NCBI GenBank assembly: GCA_050251875.1
Contig: JBFWMA010000007.1
Location: 96,001-160,000 of the forward strand
DNA from: Deferribacterales bacterium
GTDB taxonomy: Bacteria; Chrysiogenota; Deferribacteres; Deferribacterales; Geovibrionaceae
Length of the DNA stretch: 64,000 nt
Direction of reading: 5' to 3'
The notes under the pieces were generated by a model that did not search any database, was not told the origin of the DNA, and saw only the letters and a list, made by a program, of their open reading frames with translations. A program made the translations under genes and the position numbers. Within the stretch, counting starts at the first letter, position 1. Every line of letters begins with the position of its first letter. Below, piece by piece: positions 10,364 through 20,206 of the stretch.

Positions 10364-11543
10364 TTCTCTTCATCCTCCTCTGCATATTCGCTTTCATGAC
10401 AATATAATCTATCAGCGGGGCAAAAATATTTGCAAACAGAACCGCCAGCATGGCTCCTTCCGGATATGCCGGGTTCAGCACCCGCACCAGAGCCGTCATG
10501 GCGCCTATAAGAAGTCCATAGAAAAACTTGCCCTTCTCCGTAAACGTTGCCGACACAGGGTCGGTCGCCATAAACACAGTGGCGAAGGCGAAACCGCCTA
10601 TAACCAGATGCCACTGGGGAGCGAGGGAGAACATGGGGTTGGTATCAGAACCGACAATATTAAAGAGAGATGTGACAGCCACCAGCCCCACAACGGATGA
10701 AACAATGATCCGCCACGAGCCGATTCCCGTCCAGATGAGAAACACTGCGCCGAAAATGCACGCCAGAGTGGAAGTCTCGCCCATAGAACCGGGGATGAAC
10801 CCGAGAAAAGCATCTATCCATGACACATTAATGTGTCCGCCCAGAGACTGAGAGGCAAGAGGTGTGGCATAGCTGTAGCCGTCCACTGCCACCCATGCCC
10901 TGTCGCCTGTGACACCGGACGGATAGCTGAAAAAGAGTATCGCTCTGGCAAACAGAGCGGGGTTTACAAAGTTTCTGCCTGTTCCGCCGAAAACCTCCTT
11001 GCCCAGAACCAGACCGATGGACAGAGCGACCATCGCCTGCCAGATAGGCACTGTGGGGGGAAGAATCAGCGGATAAAGAAGACTGGTAACCAGAAAAGCC
11101 TCGCCTATCTCGTGTTTGCGGATGATGGAGAACAGCAGTTCCCAGAAACCGCCCACGGCGAGCGTGGCTATGTATACGGGTAAAAAGTATAAGGCTCCGT
11201 GAAAGAAGTTCGCCCCTATGCTGTGCGGGTCATAACCCACGCCCATGGCGCTTATCAGGCTGTGCCGCCATCCGGCGAGGTTCTCTGTTCCGGTGGAGGC
11301 TATCACCATGTTCGCCTGATATCCGGTGTTATAGAGAGCCATCAGAACGCAGGGAATCAGCGCTATCACCACGGTCGTCATGATCCGCTTAAGATCGATG
11401 CCGTCACGCAGGTGTGTGCGCCCTTTTGTTCTGTCCATGGGGTTATACAGGAATGTATCCACCATCTCGAATGCGGGGAACCAGCGTTCATACTTGCCGC
11501 CTTTTTCGAAAAGGTGTTTATATTTCTCCAGAAATTTTCTCAT
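10353..11543 (-). CDS. nqrB: Na+-NQR subunit B
   Basis: RDGIDLKR, KEVFGGTGRNF.NPAL, PGSMGETS, FMATDPVS. Confidence 0.97.
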   Translation of the reverse strand: MRKFLEKYKHLFEKGGKYERWFPAFEMVDTFLYNPMDRTKGRTHLRDGIDLKRIMTTVVIALIPCVLMALYNTGYQANMVIASTGTENLAGWRHSLISAMGVGYDPHSIGANFFHGALYFLPVYIATLAVGGFWELLFSIIRKHEIGEAFLVTSLLYPLILPPTVPIWQAMVALSIGLVLGKEVFGGTGRNFVNPALFARAILFFSYPSGVTGDRAWVAVDGYSYATPLASQSLGGHINVSWIDAFLGFIPGSMGETSTLACIFGAVFLIWTGIGSWRIIVSSVVGLVAVTSLFNIVGSDTNPMFSLAPQWHLVIGGFAFATVFMATDPVSATFTEKGKFFYGLLIGAMTALVRVLNPAYPEGAMLAVLFANIFAPLIDYIVMKANMQRRMKRSAV

Positions 11544-11544
11544 A

Positions 11545-12855
11545 TCAGCCCTCCTTCTCTATGTCGGTGAGGGCAGAACGCAGAACGGGAGCATAGTCTA
11601 TCTTTCCTGGGCAGGCATATGTGCAGAGGCTCAGATCCTCTTCGGAAAGCTCCAGACAGCCCAGCTTCTCCGCCGTCTCATAATCTTTTACCAGAAGCGC
11701 CCTGAGCAGATGCGTGGGCAGGATATCCATCGGCATCACCTTCTCGTATATGCCAACGGGAACCATAGCCCTGACACAGCCCTTCATAGACGTGTCGAAC
11801 TCCACGTCTTTTTCGCACAGGACTTTTGACAGGAATATATTTTTGACAGAGTGAACCTTAGCGCCTGGCATCAGCCAGCCCATGAAGGGTCTGTCGGTCT
11901 GTTCCTTAACCACGGAGACCTGATTCATGACGGAAGACAGATAAGCCGTCCCGTCAGAAACTTTCAGTCCGTAAAGCACGGAGCCGTTTATCACTCTGGC
12001 GTTTTCAGAGTCTATTCTGCCGTTTGTAATCTGATCTATCGATGCCCCTTTGACAGTTTTCACATGACAGGGGGATTTTACGCATGTACCGGAGAGGGCT
12101 ATCATTTTTGATTCGTTCAGTTCTTTGTGCTTTATCAGGTAGCCTATGTCTATCACAGTCTGCATGTCCATAGTCCACACGCATCTCTGCATGGACACGG
12201 GGCGCAGAAAGTGAACATGTGTGCCTGTGAGTCCGGCAGGATGCTTCCCGTCAAATATCACAGCGTCATCAGTCACCTTCATGTCGGGGGCGCAGCAGAC
12301 ATATGTCTTATCCGCCAGCATTTTTACCAGCTTCAGCCCTTCGGCGAAATATTCCTCATTGCCCTGATACAGCAGTTTCATGTCGGGCGCCAGGGGTCTG
12401 GTGTCCATACAGTTGACAAAGACCGCCTCGGGCTTGTCATCCGCATGGGGCACAACGGCGAAGGGAAGCCTGCGCAGAGATGTAAAAATACCGGAATCCA
12501 TCAGCAGTTTCAGAGCAGTGCTTCTGTCTGTGTATGATGTGTCGAAGCGGACCGCATCGCCGGACGTTTTTTCTATCACCAGAGACAGAAATTTTCTTTT
12601 GTCGCCTCTGTGGACAGCTTTTACAATTCCGGTGGCAATAGCGGTGAAGACCGCTGAGGGATTTTTCCTGTCGGTGAAAACAGGCTGACCTTTTTTTACG
12701 GTCTCGCCCTCCTTCACCAGCATGGAAGGTTTCAGATTCGGATAATCGTCACCCAAGATTCCAACGCATGAAACAGAGGTCATATCAATGACCTCACCGG
12801 ACGGAGCGCCCTTAATAGGCAGACTCAGCCCCTTTTTTATTTTATAAACTGTCAT
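11545..12855 (-). CDS. nqrA: Na+-NQR subunit A
   Basis: KIKKGL.LPI.G, HPAG..G.H, EEDLSLC.Y.CPGK; ATG at 12855 with GGAG RBS. Confidence 0.95.
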   Translation of the reverse strand: MTVYKIKKGLSLPIKGAPSGEVIDMTSVSCVGILGDDYPNLKPSMLVKEGETVKKGQPVFTDRKNPSAVFTAIATGIVKAVHRGDKRKFLSLVIEKTSGDAVRFDTSYTDRSTALKLLMDSGIFTSLRRLPFAVVPHADDKPEAVFVNCMDTRPLAPDMKLLYQGNEEYFAEGLKLVKMLADKTYVCCAPDMKVTDDAVIFDGKHPAGLTGTHVHFLRPVSMQRCVWTMDMQTVIDIGYLIKHKELNESKMIALSGTCVKSPCHVKTVKGASIDQITNGRIDSENARVINGSVLYGLKVSDGTAYLSSVMNQVSVVKEQTDRPFMGWLMPGAKVHSVKNIFLSKVLCEKDVEFDTSMKGCVRAMVPVGIYEKVMPMDILPTHLLRALLVKDYETAEKLGCLELSEEDLSLCTYACPGKIDYAPVLRSALTDIEKEG

Positions 12856-12922
12856 GCCGTTCTCCGAAATCAAAAGAAAGTTAATTTAGTCTTAATATAG
12901 TTTAAACTATGATAGGCAGGTG

Positions 12923-13834
12923 TCAAGATTTTCTGGCTCTCATTATCAGGATTCCGCTGAATCCTACCAGCAGTATACCCAGCAGAGAGAGAGAGTCAGG
13001 GAACATATCCCCCGCAAGCATACCTGTGAACACACTGAACAGCAGCTCGCTGTAGCCAACGGTGCTCATCAGAGCCACACGACCGTAAAAATATGACCGG
13101 GACATGTAATATTGCGCCACCACAGCCACCAGCCCCAGCATGAACATATAAAAAATATCTATGCCCGCCGGAACGAACGCCAGCGAGTTATATCTGGGCA
13201 CGCCCAGAAAGTGCATCACGATGAAATAGAGCGATGAACCGCCCAGTCCCGCCAGAGAGAACGACATTACCATCATTCTGGCGTCATAATAGTTTGCCAG
13301 CCCACGCACCGTGGCATATGCCAGAGCGGCGAAAAAACCGCACCCTATGCCCGCCAGAGAACCGAGCAGAGATATTTCTCCGCTGGGTTTCAGTATGAAC
13401 AGAATCCCTATGAAACCGACTATGATGGATGTCCAGAGCTTGCTTCCGGTCTTCTCTTTCAGCAGAAATCCGCCGATGACAGCCGTGAACATGGGAGACG
13501 TTTTAGAAAACGTGGCGGCAGTGGCAAGAGGCAGAACACTGACCGAAAAGAAGTAAAAAAACATGGCGATAAAGCCGTATACGCCGCGCATAGCCAGCAG
13601 AAAAGGTTTTCCGCCCTGATTGCTGGGTTTGAAGATAAGCATGGAGCCGATGATGAGAGCGAGACTGACTATGTTTCTGAAAAAAATCATCTCCATAGGA
13701 GCGTGATGAACAGAAAGTTTTTTGATGAAAAAACCCATGCACGAGAACAGAAAAGACGCAATGAGCATATAGATGATGCCCTTCATCTCATCGTCAGTAT
13801 TGAACGCTTTGTATGGATTAATTTTTTCCGGCAT
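12923..13834 (-). CDS. DMT (EamA) family transporter
   Basis: About 10 TM helices, two EamA repeats (FFRN, LKEK). Confidence 0.88.
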   Translation of the reverse strand: MPEKINPYKAFNTDDEMKGIIYMLIASFLFSCMGFFIKKLSVHHAPMEMIFFRNIVSLALIIGSMLIFKPSNQGGKPFLLAMRGVYGFIAMFFYFFSVSVLPLATAATFSKTSPMFTAVIGGFLLKEKTGSKLWTSIIVGFIGILFILKPSGEISLLGSLAGIGCGFFAALAYATVRGLANYYDARMMVMSFSLAGLGGSSLYFIVMHFLGVPRYNSLAFVPAGIDIFYMFMLGLVAVVAQYYMSRSYFYGRVALMSTVGYSELLFSVFTGMLAGDMFPDSLSLLGILLVGFSGILIMRARKS

Positions 13835-13882
13835 TAGGGAAATATACGCCTGACGTTTTTATTTGGCAACGGGTTTTAAGCC

Positions 13883-14167
13883 CTATTCTTTGCTTTTAAA
13901 CTCGGGCTCGCCGACATGATGTTTTTTAAAATAATAAGCGCCGAATATAAATATCAGAACAAAAAGCCCGAGAGCGCACAGATTCACAAGAGGACCTTTC
14001 ACAGTGATATTTCGAACCACATACACGGTGAGAAAAATATCAAAAGCAAACAGCACGGCGTAGAGATGTTTCGGCACTCTGTAGGTTATATCCGCCTGAC
14101 ATCCTTCGCACTTCACATCGCCTTCTGATGCTTCCGTCCCGCAGTATGGACATCTGATTCCGCTCAT
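13883..14167 (-). CDS. zinc-ribbon membrane protein
   Basis: CPYCG...CEGC followed by two TM helices. Confidence 0.7.
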   Translation of the reverse strand: MSGIRCPYCGTEASEGDVKCEGCQADITYRVPKHLYAVLFAFDIFLTVYVVRNITVKGPLVNLCALGLFVLIFIFGAYYFKKHHVGEPEFKSKE

Positions 14168-14181
14168 ATCTCACCTCTGAT

Positions 14182-15498
14182 TTATTTCAGCGCCGGATCC
14201 GTTCTGAACTCGTCAATATAGCTGTCATTCTCATCAGACCTGTTTTTGGCGTCCGGCACGCAGACACCCGTCTGGAGATAATTTATAGCGGCGGAAAGCA
14301 TAACTTCGTCCGGGTCGCCAAAATCCTTCATGGCATCGGTCGGGTCTGTTTTATAGCAGTCCGGCTCGAATCCGTTGGCGAAATCGCTGTTTCCGTTCAC
14401 ATCGGCGTTTCTGAATGTGATAGCCGTCATAACCATATCACAGTAAGCGACCAAATCCATACCGACATTTTTTCCGACTGTCTTTCTGCCGATCAGATAT
14501 ACGTCTTTATAAGCCTTTATGCTGTTAATCAAAAGCTCGCTGGAAGAAGCGGTGCTGCCGGAGACCAGAAAAACAATCTTTTCCGGATACAGTGGATATT
14601 TGGGAGTCTGAAAATAATAGAAAAAATTGTAAATCGAATAGACTCTGTTGTACTGCATCTCTTCAAACACTTTTCTTTCCAGAGTGCTTCCGAGTATCTG
14701 GCTGGCAAGATATCCGGCGGTGTCGTTCAGTCCCCCGCCGTTGTATCTCAGGTCAATAATCAGTTCCTCCACGTCTCTTCTGGAAAAATAGTAGAAAGCG
14801 GAGTCCAGATCATTATAGTTAGCGTTAAAGTATGAGTAGGCAAGATAGCCTATCATTTTACCGTTTGAGCTGTTTTTAAAAACTTTTGAGCTCAGCACGG
14901 GATAATTATAGTAAGCGGTTTTTGTCAATGTAACGGTGTGAGACACGGAGTCGTAATCAGAATAGACTATTTCATTCTGCACGCCCGCGGCGGAAGGACC
15001 GAAAGCGGCGTCCATCACACTGCTGTCGCTTAACATCGCCGCTGTGGAATAGCCGTTAACAGAGAGTATCTCATATCCTCTTTTCAGCCCGGCGATATCG
15101 GCGGGTGTTCCGGGAATGACATATTTCACATAAATCCGGTTAGAGTATGCGACTAAATTAGTGCCGAGTCCTATGGTCTCGCCATAGTAATAGCTGATCA
15201 AATTCGCCAGAGTATTCAGCCCGCTGAACCTGTCCTGAGAAACTTTCAGATCATTCATAATATCGTATTGAGAAGCGTATAAGGTGTAGTCAAGAACAGG
15301 AGCCTCATCCGCCCACAGATAGGCATCGTGCATATATTTATAGACAAACTTGACTTTGCCTGCCTCCGTGCAGTCGTCCGGGGCATATGAAATCCTGAAA
15401 TATTCATTATTACCAGGGTTGCCGTCAGTGGGAAAAGTCTCTTCGAATCCGCATGAAACCAGAAGAAAAGAAATAAAAAGCATGACAATATATTTCAT
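14182..15498 (-). CDS. S41 family peptidase lipoprotein with PDZ domain
   Basis: Lipobox LVSC, DLRYNGGG, TASSSE, T.GK. Confidence 0.9.
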   Translation of the reverse strand: MKYIVMLFISFLLVSCGFEETFPTDGNPGNNEYFRISYAPDDCTEAGKVKFVYKYMHDAYLWADEAPVLDYTLYASQYDIMNDLKVSQDRFSGLNTLANLISYYYGETIGLGTNLVAYSNRIYVKYVIPGTPADIAGLKRGYEILSVNGYSTAAMLSDSSVMDAAFGPSAAGVQNEIVYSDYDSVSHTVTLTKTAYYNYPVLSSKVFKNSSNGKMIGYLAYSYFNANYNDLDSAFYYFSRRDVEELIIDLRYNGGGLNDTAGYLASQILGSTLERKVFEEMQYNRVYSIYNFFYYFQTPKYPLYPEKIVFLVSGSTASSSELLINSIKAYKDVYLIGRKTVGKNVGMDLVAYCDMVMTAITFRNADVNGNSDFANGFEPDCYKTDPTDAMKDFGDPDEVMLSAAINYLQTGVCVPDAKNRSDENDSYIDEFRTDPALK

Positions 15499-15584
15499 TT
15501 ATCAACACCTTAGGAAAACGTTACGAACCTAATAATAGTCATACAAATAATGTAACGTCAAGGTATTATAATTTAACAATGTTT

Positions 15585-15887
15585 TTATATGAAATAGTGA
15601 AACACCCAGTCCAGCCTGCCCCGCTTTATGTAATATATCCCGCTGAATTTCATGATACGGCGGATTTTGTCCCTCATCTCCGGTTTATAACAGTGAACTT
15701 TGCAGTCCTTGCACTTCGGTTTCGGGTCGAGCGGACAGCGGATATTTCTGGCGAGGGCATATGCCAGCACCTCGGCGCATTCCGGGCAAAGAGTGCCGGG
15801 AGCAACACCGTGGTTTTCCCGGCAGTAGGTATGTATAAAAGCGTTCAGGACTTTCGCGTCCTTTTTCACACGCCTGTCTTTTTTCAT
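15585..15887 (-). CDS. YgbA / nitrous oxide-stimulated promoter family protein
   Basis: YC..NH...LCPEC...CP.DPKPKCKDCKVHCYKPEMR...MKFSG. Confidence 0.85.
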   Translation of the reverse strand: MKKDRRVKKDAKVLNAFIHTYCRENHGVAPGTLCPECAEVLAYALARNIRCPLDPKPKCKDCKVHCYKPEMRDKIRRIMKFSGIYYIKRGRLDWVFHYFI

Positions 15888-16885
15888 ATGTTTTCCAGCA
15901 TGTCTCCCATGCGCACACGGTTTCTCAGGTCGAGCAGTTTTTTGTCCAGCTCCTGAAGCTCCTCAAGGTTGGCTCTCTCTTTGTCTGTGGTGGCGATGAT
16001 CTTTGCCACGCCCCCGTTTTTTATCACCAGTCTCTTGTCGCCCATCAGCGCCAGTATGGGGTCGTGGGTGGACATCAGAACTATCTTCTCCTCGCCCACC
16101 AGAAGCTGAAGAGCTTTTTTGCGGTCGATGCCTGCGTTCTCTATCTCGTCTATCAGAACGATGGGTGATTTGCTAAGGAAAGCGGTATCCGCTATCATCA
16201 GAGCTCTGGACTGTCCGCCGGAAAGGGATGTGACGGGTGTGTCGCCGTCAAATTTTTCTCCCGCCAGCTCGTTCGCCTTCTCTATTATCAGCTCCACCTT
16301 GTTGTCTATATCCTGCACAAAACGGCTCTCAGCGTGGATGCGCACAAACTCTCTGGCAGTCAGATCCATGACGAAGTTCATGTTCTGGCTCAGCTGCGCC
16401 ACGGGCTTATGCTCGGGCGAAAAACGCCAGCTCTTTTCGGGGTCTTTGCCGTTTATCCTGATATAGCGCTTGGTCGGCGTGTCGCCCATAGCCATCCATT
16501 CGATATCCGCCAGCAGACGGCTCTTGCCCGATCCGGTGGGACCCACTATGCAGATAATCTCGCCGGAGTTAATCTCCAGCTCAAAGTTTTCCGCCTCGCC
16601 TTTTTTGTTTATCCCGCCTGTTATTGTCAGTTTTTCTATAGACGCTGTTTTCTCTGTCATGGAGCCCACAGCCTCTATGAAGGTCACGAAGTTATGTATG
16701 AACTCCGCCGGGTCGATCCCCATATCCTCCAGCTCGGTGTCTGTCAGATTTTTCACAAACTCCTTCACGGATGTCTGCGGGATTCTCAGCCCCTGCGACT
16801 CAAAGAAATCTCCGGCAAAGGGAAACTGTGCCTGTAATTCAGCGAAATCTATATTTATTATCTGTTGTTTATCCATTGTCCACAT
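15884..16885 (-). CDS. ABC-type ATPase with N-terminal extension
   Basis: Walker A GPTGSGKS, signature LSGGQ, Walker B VLIDE, STHD. Confidence 0.88.
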   Translation of the reverse strand: MWTMDKQQIINIDFAELQAQFPFAGDFFESQGLRIPQTSVKEFVKNLTDTELEDMGIDPAEFIHNFVTFIEAVGSMTEKTASIEKLTITGGINKKGEAENFELEINSGEIICIVGPTGSGKSRLLADIEWMAMGDTPTKRYIRINGKDPEKSWRFSPEHKPVAQLSQNMNFVMDLTAREFVRIHAESRFVQDIDNKVELIIEKANELAGEKFDGDTPVTSLSGGQSRALMIADTAFLSKSPIVLIDEIENAGIDRKKALQLLVGEEKIVLMSTHDPILALMGDKRLVIKNGGVAKIIATTDKERANLEELQELDKKLLDLRNRVRMGDMLENI

Positions 16886-17564
16886 CCATTTTTCTGACGT
16901 TGCCCATCTGATACTGAGCCCCTATCCTCTTTTCGCCCAGACAATATGAGCAGAGGGCGGAAGGCATTGAAAATCTGAGGCTTTTTCCGTCCAGAGTATC
17001 AGTCTCGGTGTTTGCATCGGCAAAGAGGGTGGACAGCTCGAAAGCGCCCTGCCCGGTGATGCCGTTCACATGCATTATAGACGCAGTGGGATTCACCGTG
17101 GCGACTCTGGAAGCGAAAACCTCACGCTCCGCCTGAGACACTATGTCTCCTTTGGTTATCACCACCACATCGGCGGATTTCAGCATGGGACCTATCTTCT
17201 TGGGCGTGTTGATGCCTGAGAGGTTGTCTATGACGCACACCGCCAGAATCTCTTTGATGTGCGGACTGCATCTGTTGCAGAGCCCCGCGCTCTCGCTTAT
17301 CAGGATATCTATGCCCTGCTTCTTTCCCCACTCAAAACTTTCGGACACGTTGCTCACGAAATAGTGGTCGGGACACAATGCGCCGGACAGTCCTTTTTTT
17401 ACCGGAATACCCTTCGCCTCATAGAGTTTGTCATCGTCTGTGTAGAGGCAGTCGAACTTCACCACGCCCGCCTTAAAACCACGCTGGCGCAGGCTTTCCA
17501 CGGTTTTTAAAATCACGGCTGTTTTGCCGGATGATGGGGGACCGCTTACAGTCACAAATCTCAT
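16869..17564 (-). CDS. CobW/HypB/UreG (G3E) family GTPase, Cys-rich
   Basis: GPPSSGKT, ESAG, TKGD; motifs LCPDH, CNRC, CSYC. Confidence 0.88.
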   Translation of the reverse strand: MRFVTVSGPPSSGKTAVILKTVESLRQRGFKAGVVKFDCLYTDDDKLYEAKGIPVKKGLSGALCPDHYFVSNVSESFEWGKKQGIDILISESAGLCNRCSPHIKEILAVCVIDNLSGINTPKKIGPMLKSADVVVITKGDIVSQAEREVFASRVATVNPTASIMHVNGITGQGAFELSTLFADANTETDTLDGKSLRFSMPSALCSYCLGEKRIGAQYQMGNVRKMDVDNG

Positions 17565-17565
17565 G

Positions 17566-18768
17566 TTATGCCTCCAGACTAGAGTTGAACAGAGCGTCCA
17601 GACGTTTCAGCAGAGCGCCCATGTCAGTGGAATATATATAGTCCCAGCCGATCCAGTTGAATTTCATGGTCTCGGGCAGTCTGTTGTCCACCTCGCTGTT
17701 CAGAGCGGGGAAGAGACCTCTGTGGCTGAGTATTTCGCCCACCTCTTTTCCGTAAAGGAAATCGGCGGCGGATTTTATCACTTCTTTTCTGTCACGTCTT
17801 GTCAGCATAAAGATGGGGCTGATGATACATCCCTCCTCAGGAAAGACGATCTCGACTGTTTTGTTGCCGAACAGCATCTTTGTAAAGAAATACGGCATGA
17901 TGGTTACTGCGGGTTTTTCAACGTTCTTTTTCCCGGCGTTTTTCACCATCTGAGCGGGGTGCATGGACTGAACCATGCTGTCAGCCAGATTTACCACGCC
18001 CTCATCGCCGAACATGCGGTGTATATGCACCAGCAGAGCGTTGAACAGGTCGAAGTCGCCCACGGGGAGCGATACACTGCGTCTGAACTCAGGCTTCAGG
18101 ATATCCGCCCAGCTCTTCGGAACTTCTCTGCCTTCCAGAGCGTCCAGATTCACCATAAAAACAGCCGGCACGACACCCACCATTCCATAATTGCCTCTGG
18201 GATCTTTTAATCCGCTCATGTAGCCGTGGCAAGCGCCTGTCATATCTTCGAACATGCCCTCTTTCACCAGACCACCCAGAGAAGCGTCATCGAAGAAAAC
18301 ATCGAATCCGGCGGATACGAATATATCCGGCACATTCTCCGCTTTGATACCCACAACGTTCTCCTCCAGCCAGCTCTGACCGCCGGAAGCGGCTATCAGC
18401 TCGTGGGCGATGGTGAGCCCTGTTTCCTCTGTCACTTTCTGGGCAAAAGAATCTATGGACTCGAGCAATGGTAGGCGGACGGGACAGGGCAGAAGCCCCT
18501 TAACGGTGATGTCGCCCTCTTTCACTGATTCTCTGAGGGTGATATCCACCTGAGCGTCTCTGTTGCTGTCTATCTCATCCAGACTCTTTAAAAAAGTCTG
18601 AAGGTCGTAATTTTTCTGTTTTATAGCTGTTTCCAGTTTCAGAAACTTTCCGGCGGTCTCCAGCATCTTGGGTTCTTTAAAATTCTCAAAACCTTTGCTG
18701 GTGAAGAGACTGAATGCTGAAGGGTGCTGTTTTGAAAGTTCGTAAACTGTAATATTGGCGTTTATCAT
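17566..18768 (-). CDS. DUF1858-like N-terminus fused to an ABC substrate-binding-like domain, no signal peptide
   Basis: N-terminal TVYEL..HP...F...GF..LETA; LLPCPVRLP; PKSWADIL; FPEEG. Confidence 0.75.
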   Translation of the reverse strand: MINANITVYELSKQHPSAFSLFTSKGFENFKEPKMLETAGKFLKLETAIKQKNYDLQTFLKSLDEIDSNRDAQVDITLRESVKEGDITVKGLLPCPVRLPLLESIDSFAQKVTEETGLTIAHELIAASGGQSWLEENVVGIKAENVPDIFVSAGFDVFFDDASLGGLVKEGMFEDMTGACHGYMSGLKDPRGNYGMVGVVPAVFMVNLDALEGREVPKSWADILKPEFRRSVSLPVGDFDLFNALLVHIHRMFGDEGVVNLADSMVQSMHPAQMVKNAGKKNVEKPAVTIMPYFFTKMLFGNKTVEIVFPEEGCIISPIFMLTRRDRKEVIKSAADFLYGKEVGEILSHRGLFPALNSEVDNRLPETMKFNWIGWDYIYSTDMGALLKRLDALFNSSLEA

Positions 18769-18801
18769 TTATATCTCCTTGTATCCTGCTTTATGTTAGC
18801 C

Positions 18802-18842
18802 AATATACCCGGTGAACTAAAAAAATACTTGATTGGTGTCAA
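18802..18842 (-). promoter_or_regulatory. FNR/DNR-type box with class II promoter
   Basis: On the minus strand, TTGAC-ACCA-ATCAA (18829-18842) and -10 TATATT (18802-18807); the box centre lies about 41 nt upstream of the inferred start site. Confidence 0.7.
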
Positions 18843-18851
18843 AAAAGAAAT

Positions 18852-18880
18852 AAAAAAAGGGAGGACTTTTATCCTCCCTT
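18852..18880 (-). terminator. intrinsic terminator after marR
   Basis: AAGGGAGGA..TCCTCCCTT hairpin plus T-run on the minus strand. Confidence 0.75.
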
Positions 18881-18908
18881 AATGTCTTCAGTGACGTCAT
18901 GACGAAAA

Positions 18909-19346
18909 TTATTTCTTTTCCAGTTTTCTACAGATAGTTATCAGAGAGCTAAGTTCTTCGGCGCTCAGATCGGTCATCTTTTCAGCGACATTCTGCTTAT
19001 ATATTTCAAAAGCATCGTTAAGAACCTGCCTGCCTTTGTCTGTGATACTCACGGTGAAATATCGTCTGTCCGCGGCGTCTTTTTTTCTGACCGCCAGCCC
19101 GTGCTTTTCCAGATTATCTATCACGGTTGTCATGTTGCCTGTCGTTTTTCTGATTATCTCGGCTATGTCTTTCTGGCACATGGAACCTTTATAGTTAAGG
19201 GCTTCCAGCACTCCGAACTGGCTTACGGTGATTCCTTCTTCCTTAAGATGAGCGTGCACGAACGAAGATACATGGTCTGACGCTTTCATTAAGCTGATGA
19301 AGGCATCCATGCTGAGGATTTCTTTTTCAAGAACTTGATTTTTCAC
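18909..19346 (-). CDS. MarR family transcriptional regulator
   Basis: SQFGVLEAL, GNMT.VIDNLEK.GL, DRR; GTG start with AAGGAGGT RBS. Confidence 0.9.
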   Translation of the reverse strand: MKNQVLEKEILSMDAFISLMKASDHVSSFVHAHLKEEGITVSQFGVLEALNYKGSMCQKDIAEIIRKTTGNMTTVIDNLEKHGLAVRKKDAADRRYFTVSITDKGRQVLNDAFEIYKQNVAEKMTDLSAEELSSLITICRKLEKK

Positions 19347-19411
19347 GGGACACCTCCTTTGTTTAACATTAAAATATATCTTATTAAATATTAAACAAGA
19401 CAAAAGAGGTG

Positions 19412-19768
19412 TCATTTAAGATTTTTTGCGCATTCTTCCCGGCAGAGAGTTTTTATCTTTGCCATGTCGGATTTTACTTCGGCGTCATCAGAGAGCTGTT
19501 TTTTGATATCTGATATGATGGAGCGAACCAGAGGATCGGCTGTGGGGTGATAGACAACCCATCTGCCCTCCTTCTCGGATTCTATAACTCCGGCGGAGCG
19601 CATCTGTTTCAGGTGAGACGAAATGGTGGAAAGGGCTATCCCCAGCACCGAATCGATCTCACATACACACAGAGGACGTTCCGAGAGCATCAGCATTATT
19701 CTCAGGCGGTTTTTATCCGCTATCGCCTTAATCATCTCTACGGTGTTATCAATCTTAGACATATTCAT
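19412..19768 (-). CDS. ArsR/SmtB family regulator
   Basis: KAIAD.NRLRI, LCVCEI, STISSHL, K.GRWV.Y. Confidence 0.9.
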   Translation of the reverse strand: MNMSKIDNTVEMIKAIADKNRLRIMLMLSERPLCVCEIDSVLGIALSTISSHLKQMRSAGVIESEKEGRWVVYHPTADPLVRSIISDIKKQLSDDAEVKSDMAKIKTLCREECAKNLK

Positions 19769-20106
19769 CCTTTAAATATAAAATAGACGGCTCCGACCAT
19801 ACAGAGCCCTGCCCATACATAGTTTAATTTAAGCGGTTCTTTCATAAAAAAGAAAGTAAAAGGCACAAAAACCGCAAGAGTTATTATCTCCTGAGTGATT
19901 TTTAGCTGTCCCAGCGACATCTCCGTGTACCCGAAACGGTTCGCCGGAACCTGTATCAGATATTCGAAAAAGGCTATACCCCAGCTTATAAAAACAGCCC
20001 ATATCCAGCTTCTGTCTCCGGCATGCTTCAGATGTCCGTACCAGGCGAACGTCATGAAGACATTGGAGGCGGTCAGCATCAGCATAAACAGCAGCGTTGT
20101 ACGCAT
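19765..20106 (-). CDS. DUF486 (DMT-like) membrane protein
   Basis: SNVFMTFAWYGHL, SWGIAFFEY..QVPANR. Confidence 0.88.
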   Translation of the reverse strand: MRTTLLFMLMLTASNVFMTFAWYGHLKHAGDRSWIWAVFISWGIAFFEYLIQVPANRFGYTEMSLGQLKITQEIITLAVFVPFTFFFMKEPLKLNYVWAGLCMVGAVYFIFKG

Positions 20107-20118
20107 GTTTTGTACCTG

Positions 20119-20197
20119 TCCCCCTCTTTTTAAAAGAGGGGCTAGGGGAGATTTCTTTTAAGAAATCCCTCCCAGCCTCCCTTTGAAAAGGGAGGAG
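20119..20197. repeat. paired palindromic REP-like element / possible terminator
   Basis: CCCCTCTTTTTAAAAGAGGGG and CCTCCCTTTGAAAAGGGAGG hairpins joined by GATTTCTT..AAGAAATC. Confidence 0.6.
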
Positions 20198-20206
20198 TAT
20201 TCTTTA

